DNA of 64,000 nucleotides from a virus (Duplodnaviria; Caudoviricetes): IMG/VR virus record IMGVR_UViG_3300028649_000004, positions 1 to 64,000 of that record; one strand, 5' to 3'. Shown piece by piece: positions 57,870 to 64,000 of this stretch (position 1 is its first letter; each line of letters starts with the position of its first letter). The notes under the pieces were generated by a model. It saw only the letters and a program-made list of their open reading frames with translations, ran no database searches and was not told where the DNA came from. The position numbers and the translations under genes were made by a program.

Positions 57870-58079
57870 ATGGTTAAAATGAAATTACATATACTATTGG
57901 ATAAGTATAGAATCAGTCAACGTGAATTCGCTCAGCAAACCCATATTAGATATGCAACAGTTAATAGTTATGCGAATCAAACTTACAAACATATAGTCAA
58001 TAAGCATATAGATGTTATTTGTACATATTTTGATTGTAACATTGAAGATTTAATTGAATATACAAAAGATAACCCTTAA
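57870..58079 (+). CDS. XRE/Cro-like HTH regulator
   Basis: ISQREFAQQTHIRYATVNSY...ICTYFDCNIEDLIEY; AAGGAG RBS. Confidence 0.9.
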   Translation: MVKMKLHILLDKYRISQREFAQQTHIRYATVNSYANQTYKHIVNKHIDVICTYFDCNIEDLIEYTKDNP

Positions 58080-58113
58080 AGATTAGATATAAAATTAATA
58101 TCTAGTCTTTTTT
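58078..58113 (+). terminator. Rho-independent terminator
   Basis: AAAGATTAGATAT...ATATCTAGTCTTT followed by a T-run. Confidence 0.75.
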
Positions 58114-58130
58114 ATTTGACTATTTATATA

Positions 58131-58179
58131 CGAATGTTTGTTCTGTTGTTATTATATTACAGAACGTGTGTTTGGTCAA
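58131..58179 (-). promoter_or_regulatory. SigA promoter overlapped by two LexA (Cheo-box)-like sites
   Basis: TTGACC-17-TATAAT (58179-58151); CGAAT-GTTT-GTTCT at 58131 and AGAAC-GTGT-GTTTG at 58161. Confidence 0.65.
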
Positions 58180-58394
58180 GTTGATATTAGTATGGAAATT
58201 TATACTATTTGGTTGTTAAATTTATATCAATAACCTTATGTTCATTATATACCCTTATGTTCAAAATACATATTACTCAGAGTAATATCGTTCTTCTATT
58301 TTTTTATTATTGGTTATAATTACCTCTTGATTCGACTAATTATGACATGATATAATATTGTTGCCTTTACAAGGGAAATATATTTGTCAAAGGG

Positions 58395-58715
58395 GTGGCA
58401 AATATGATTTGCAATTTATATACTTTATATGTAAAACGATTTCGTGAACTAAGAAGAATGACTCAAAGTGAACTCGCTTTTAAAATTGGTAAGTCACAAG
58501 GATTCATATCACAAATTGAAATGGATAATAATATCAGAACTAAGTCAATATTGCTTGTAGACCTAGTTCTGATAGCACAAGCCCTTAATGTTTGTCCTAA
58601 TGATCTTATTAGATATCGTTGTCGTCAATGTCATCGTTTTGATATTTGTACTAGACACAAATATTTAGAAAAAGATGATGAACATTTTAAAGAACATTTA
58701 GGCTATTATATTTAA
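58395..58715 (+). CDS. XRE-family HTH regulator with Cys-rich tail
   Basis: RELRRMTQSELAFKIGKSQGFISQIE; CRQCHRFDIC. Confidence 0.88.
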   Translation: MANMICNLYTLYVKRFRELRRMTQSELAFKIGKSQGFISQIEMDNNIRTKSILLVDLVLIAQALNVCPNDLIRYRCRQCHRFDICTRHKYLEKDDEHFKEHLGYYI

Positions 58716-58717
58716 TT

Positions 58718-58778
58718 TAAAAATAAAAGCAAGTATAACTAATTAATTTTGATATAGTTATACTTGCTTTTATTTTTA
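58718..58778. terminator. Bidirectional terminator with perfect 24-bp arms between convergent genes
   Basis: TAAAAATAAAAGCAAGTATAACTA ... TAGTTATACTTGCTTTTATTTTTA. Confidence 0.85.
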
Positions 58779-59672
58779 TATATTATTATGTTTAGACTAA
58801 TTTTCAAAATTATCCCTATATCTCATCAATTATTCATCAACTCTTTCTAAATTATTAGCTTCAGCAGTTGTTATTTTTATCCTATCTACTCCATATTTAA
58901 CTTGTACTAGCTTAAAGGAAGGTATATGACCTATAATTTCTCCCTTTATTTCTTTATTAAATAAATCAGTTCCAGCTACGCTAATGCCCTTTAATGCGTC
59001 TTTATAATCCATAAACTACCTCCCTATATTATTTTTATATAATTATAACATTAAACTAACATACTTCATATATCATATTATTTACCGATACATTAACATT
59101 ATTAATGTTCTCAATGGTTGTTATTATGCCTTTGTAGACTATAAAAAACATAGAATCACATATAAAACTTAAATCTATTGATTTACCTAATGGTATTTCT
59201 AAATTATTTTCAATTATATCTTGGATCACTTCTTTAATCTCTCGTTCTGGAATATATCTTTCTCCTTCTTTTTGTATTATTATTTTTTTATCATTTATTG
59301 TTAATGGTATTATTTTATTCATGTATACATCCTTCTTTCACATAATTTTATTGTTTTAATTTATTATTATGTAGTTTATTTAGTGTAAAAGAAAGGCAAT
59401 CAAAGTTCCTATAAACGTAACATTTTATCTAGACTCATTTTTTAAGCCATTCTATTTCTTTTTCAATAGCTTCTTTCCTTGAATATATTTCACCTTCAAA
59501 ATCTCCGTAATATGTTATGTTTGCACCTGCATATCCTTGAAATGATTGTATTCTATCTTCTGCCATTTCTTCTATTGTAAATTGTTTTATTCTTTCATAA
59601 TTATTCATTTAATTTATACTTCCTTTCTTAAACTAATTTTATATAATAATTTACTGTTTCAGGTATTTCACC

Positions 59673-60263
59673 TTATTTTAATTCATAGCAATTATTCTTA
59701 TATAATTCTTCCCTACCATAACCATAAACGCTCCCAAACGGCAATTTTAATTCTAAGTCTATATCTAATGACTTTAATAAAAAGAATACTGTATGTTCTC
59801 TATTATCTTTGTTTATGTCAATTTCTATTATTTTAATTAAGTTTGGTATTTTAGAAAGTAATTTTTGATATAGTTTAACTATTAAATACTCATGTTCAAT
59901 TTTGTAATCTGATAACATTGATTCATAAGCATGTATCATTTCGTGTAACAAAACACGATTGTTTATACGAGAAGGTACTATATTAATGACTTTCCAAAAT
60001 CCTGTACATTCACCAGTGAAATCATCATTCTTATCTACTACATTGAGCGTCCATTCATAAAAATCTACTGCTGTTTTAGGCATAAACTTTTTTGCATCTT
60101 CACTAACATTCATTAGAATTACATCTTCAATATCTTGAAAATATTTCTTTTGAAATTGAAGTGTTTTATTAAATAAACTATATTCTGATTTAGTCATATT
60201 TTGTTCAGTTATTGGGTTATGATATACAATTTTAGATTTATTAGTCATTCTACACCTCCTCAT
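59673..60263 (-). CDS. Putative zinc metalloprotease (SprT-like HExxH)
   Basis: VLLHEMIHAY with downstream His (REHTVFF). Confidence 0.65.
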   Translation of the reverse strand: MRRCRMTNKSKIVYHNPITEQNMTKSEYSLFNKTLQFQKKYFQDIEDVILMNVSEDAKKFMPKTAVDFYEWTLNVVDKNDDFTGECTGFWKVINIVPSRINNRVLLHEMIHAYESMLSDYKIEHEYLIVKLYQKLLSKIPNLIKIIEIDINKDNREHTVFFLLKSLDIDLELKLPFGSVYGYGREELYKNNCYELK

Positions 60264-60268
60264 ATGCT

Positions 60269-61905
60269 CTAAATCGAAGAATTTAAAGCTTTATTATTTA
60301 ATCGTCTAGTTTCTATTAATTCTCTTAAAAATTTTTGTTTAAAATCCATAAAACCTTTAGGATATTCTGAACATTCTACTTTCTCATTAAGAGTTATTTT
60401 TATATCATCAAATATAAAACAGATATCTGTGTACAATAGTTCCTTTCTGCTTACTAAAACTCTCAAAGCTTCTATAATATTTCCTGTGGATACACTTCTT
60501 TTAGTACATTTTCCATTTAAATATTCTTTTATAATACTTTTTGCATCCTCTATTAAATTAAAATCACCATATGATTTCCCATCTTCCCTATAATAAATTT
60601 CTAACATTTCAATCTCTCCTTTTAATTAATAATTGTTTTCAATTAGTTGATAAAATCAGATTTTTAAGCAGAAACTTAATTCTGCTATATTAATTCATAT
60701 ATTCATCACCAGTTAATTTTTTATCAACTTCACAATCAATTTTTATTTCCATAAATCCATACATTTCTATTAATTGTTTCTTTATATCGTTAGGATATGT
60801 TGCTTTTTGATGTTTTTTAGTTTTCCCATTATCTGCATTCATTTTTAAAGCATTTTCATACATATCACCTAATTGTTTTTGATTGAATTTCTTTTCATGT
60901 AATAAAATAACTTCATCTATTCCTCCACCATCGTTCCATTCACAGCCTTCACAATAAATATTAAATCTATAATTATACATTTAGCTTTACCTCCTATACC
61001 TATTATCAATTTATTATATTCTGTATGCTTTGTTTTATACGTCTTACAAATTAATTATTACTTTAAAGTTCCTATTTTACTTTCTCTTCAATTAACTTTT
61101 CTAATTCTTCTAAAGATTCTAATTTTGTATATTCATCATTAACAATCAATTCTTTTAAGTTTGTTGCTAATTTAAATTTTTTAGTTTCCATCAACAACTT
61201 TCTTAACTCATAATAAATATTATTAACTTTTTGAATGTACAACTTATGATTCTTTTCATCTTCAAAACTGAGTTCATAATTACTTAATGGATACCAGTTG
61301 GCAATTTCTTTTAACTTTTTACTAGCATTATCTAAATCTTTTAAAAGTGTTTCTTCTTTCTTTTCTATATATTTAGCTTTCTCCATTATTTTCTTCACCT
61401 TCTAACCTTTCTTTCATTTCATATAAAGCTCCTATTCTACCACATAAATTATCTATACCACTCCCCATATCTTGAACAACTCCAGATTCATTTGGTATAT
61501 AATCTTTCCCACTTTCTTTATAACTTTCTATTCGATTTAATTCGCTTTCCAATTCATTTTTTAACAATGTCATTTTTGATTTCAATTTATCTATAGAATT
61601 ATTAATTCTCATTTGACTATATCCTAGTGCTTTCATACTAATTCACTCCTCATTATTCTTTATTATAACATAAATTTTAATTTTCTAAACTCTTCCAAAT
61701 AAAAGATTTATTTTATAAGCCCTCGCTTATACCATTCTAAAACATTAAAAGATTTCTTTATATTTTCACAACTTGAATCTCCATGACTACAGATATTATT
61801 TTTTCTATTTGACGAGCAATCCTTATTATAACATTTTACTTTTCCATAAGTCTTATATTTGTATTCCTCATATTCTTGACATTCTTTACAACAACAATTA
61901 TTCAT
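60269..61905 (-). CDS. Five small hypothetical genes
   Basis: Co-oriented ORFs with RBSs. Confidence 0.6.
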
Positions 61906-61917
61906 TTTTAATCCCTC

Positions 61918-62835
61918 CTATAAATTTTCCATAACATTCATAACATCTTCATCATCCATTGTGATATAGATTTTGCTTGTATTAATGTTGTTATGTCCTA
62001 AAACTTTTGCCACCATTAATATATCCTTTGTCTTTTTATATACATTTGTACCGACTGTATGACGTGCTGTGTGTGTAACATATTTTTTGTCAGTAAGTTC
62101 TGCTTTTTCATACAAGTCTTTCATAATATTTTCTACTGATTTTTTTGTTATTCTCTTTTTAAGTCTACTAATAAATAAATATTGTTTTTCTTCTTCTGTG
62201 ACATTATCAACATTTCTATATTTCAAATAATCATTTATAGCTTCTATACATTGTTTATTTAAAAAAACACTATCTTCTTTATTGCCTTTTCTTATAACCA
62301 ATAATTTATTTACTTGTATATTATTTAATTTTATATTTGCAAGTTCAGATACTCTTATTCCAGTTTTGAATAGTAATGTTACAATACATTTATCCCTGTA
62401 GTAATTTAATTTGCCTTCAGTTAAGGAACTAAATATCTTTTCAACTTGTTCATCATTAAAAGCTATTGGAATCTTTTTACCTATTGTAATTTTTTTTAAT
62501 CCCTTTGCTATATCCTCTTTTATTATATTGTTTTCATACATATAACTAAAATAAGATTTCAATGTTGAAACTTTTCTAGCTCTAGCACATTCAGAATTTT
62601 TCTTTTGTTTAGTTTTAGTATAGCTAAGAAAATTATTAAGGTCATCTAAAATCAATGATTGTATAATTTTATTAGTTATTTTTTTTGCTTTTTTATATTC
62701 TTTTAAAAATTCATAGAATACATGTAAATCAGATTCATACCCAACAATCGTGTTCGGTGATTTATTATTTGTATGTAAATAATCTAAAAATTTAACTGCT
62801 GATTCAGGTAAATTAAATTTATTTTCCATTTCCAA
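61918..62835 (-). CDS. Xer-like tyrosine recombinase, apparently intact
   Basis: TGIRVSEL, RKGNK, HTARH, LGH, IY: complete catalytic set. Confidence 0.92.
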   Translation of the reverse strand: MEMENKFNLPESAVKFLDYLHTNNKSPNTIVGYESDLHVFYEFLKEYKKAKKITNKIIQSLILDDLNNFLSYTKTKQKKNSECARARKVSTLKSYFSYMYENNIIKEDIAKGLKKITIGKKIPIAFNDEQVEKIFSSLTEGKLNYYRDKCIVTLLFKTGIRVSELANIKLNNIQVNKLLVIRKGNKEDSVFLNKQCIEAINDYLKYRNVDNVTEEEKQYLFISRLKKRITKKSVENIMKDLYEKAELTDKKYVTHTARHTVGTNVYKKTKDILMVAKVLGHNNINTSKIYITMDDEDVMNVMENL

Positions 62836-62935
62836 TACTTCCTTTCTATTTCTTTTAATTTGTTTATATTCTAATTATATATTAAATTTATGCAGATTAC
62901 AAGAAAAATATTCCTATAATCTCCGAAAATTAACA

Positions 62936-63843
62936 CTAATTATTATAGTGTCTATTGGCTATTTCTAATAGAATTGATGGTATTACACATATTACACATG
63001 CCCTATCCCAACTGTCACCATAGCGAGGCAATAAAGCTATCTCATTTCTTATCTTTCTTATACGTGTATCTCCCATAAGACCTTCTTTGTTATACTCTAG
63101 TATATTATCATAGCATTCTTTAAGTTCTGGATCAGTAAGACCTTTTATTCTTTTTTCTAAATCATTCATTATTTTTTTACATCTCCCTTTTATATTTATC
63201 TATTGCGTCATAAAATTTCTTCCTAGCAAGATTAAGTAATTCATAATATGTCAATCCCAGTGCTTCTTCTTTAGTTGGAATTGGATTATTGATGTGATAA
63301 TGAAAAGTATGTACCTTTCCTGTTTTCATAACAACATTAAAATGTTTATAATCATATTCTGTTGGTGGCTTATTATTAAATCTAACTTCTACTATAACAT
63401 TTTTCATTTTTATTCCTCCATTTTCTTTAATTTATTTTATTACCATAAACCAATGTTTTTAACAACTTTTAATTTGATTTTGTAAAACTATTTCCACTGA
63501 CCAACTCATTACATTTTGGACACATATAATCACCATCATATTTATCACCAGTAATAGGTTCTATATCATTGGTTTTAAAATATTTAATAGTTGCTTTGTT
63601 TATTTCTTCAGCAGAACTAATTCCTTCACATTCTTCACATTTATAATTGTCTACTTTTATATTTTTAATTTCCTTCTGTATAACTTCAACGGCTGTCATC
63701 ATTCCTATTAATTTTGTTCGTTGTTCATTTGCTCTTTCTGATGTTATTTTATCTGATTTTTCCTGTTCAAATATTTCATCCTTCTTATTTAAATATTCAT
63801 TAACTATTATTTGGCTGATATCTTCTAATGTTTGTTTATTCAT
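62936..63843 (-). CDS. Three small hypothetical genes (62936-63169, 63177-63407, 63469-63843)
   Basis: Co-oriented ORFs. Confidence 0.6.
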
Positions 63844-64000
63844 ATTAATTCCTCCTTATATAAACTTAACAAATTTGTAGCCATTACCAGATTGAATTGC
63901 TTCAGCTTGTGCTAATATCATAGCTTGTTCTTCATTAAATGCTCTTACGAAGTACTCCATTTCTTCTGTACCATTTGTTAATACTACACAAAATGCTTTA

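Larger units (their letters stand above)
1..64000 (-). mobile_element. Early/replication region of a large SPbeta-like temperate phage or prophage (extends beyond both window edges)
   Basis: Dense unidirectional small ORFs, phage replication genes in SPbeta yorF-yorK order, MTases, homing endonucleases, YopQ/YopR-like pair; no host housekeeping operons. Confidence 0.9.

Noticed and set aside
7230-63461. CRISPR array or cas genes
   Set aside because: Repeats are dispersed and separated by whole genes; no regular repeat-spacer period and no cas motifs seen
1397-63880. Plus-strand ORFs in the track other than 57870-58079 and 58395-58715
   Set aside because: Antisense shadows of real minus-strand genes: Ser/Ile/Phe/Leu-rich, no RBS

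Overview
Very AT-rich window from the early/replication arm of a large SPbeta-like temperate phage or prophage of a Clostridium-type host (inferred from gene order, motifs and SigA promoter/RBS style). Almost all real genes are on the minus strand. Left end: a replication block in SPbeta yorF-yorK order (SSB-like, AAA ATPase, small Zn protein, DnaB helicase, primase, partial RecJ). Middle: about 45 kb of small accessory genes, including homing endonucleases, three C5 DNA methyltransferases, a Tn554-family element with fused tnpA/tnpB, a nucleotidyltransferase, a guanylate kinase, a lone sigma region 4 and terminase-like fragments. Right: a lysis-lysogeny region with a DGQHR/DndB-like gene, a degenerate integrase-fold repressor candidate, two plus-strand XRE regulators and an intact Xer-like recombinase. 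The best candidate for a new system is the operon at 52468-54459: three tandem promoters drive a phage-encoded MazF/PemK RNase, a TPR-like protein without an HTH, and a 35-aa secreted pro-peptide missing from the ORF track (MTKARFKALIITAIVTISTVVMTVVAFATTGSGRG). This looks like an arbitrium-like peptide communication module acting through a toxin RNase. A second candidate is a set of more than 20 intergenic TAAAA-N6-TTTTA palindromic sites that divide the accessory region into gene cassettes. All family calls are from motif recognition by eye, not database searches.
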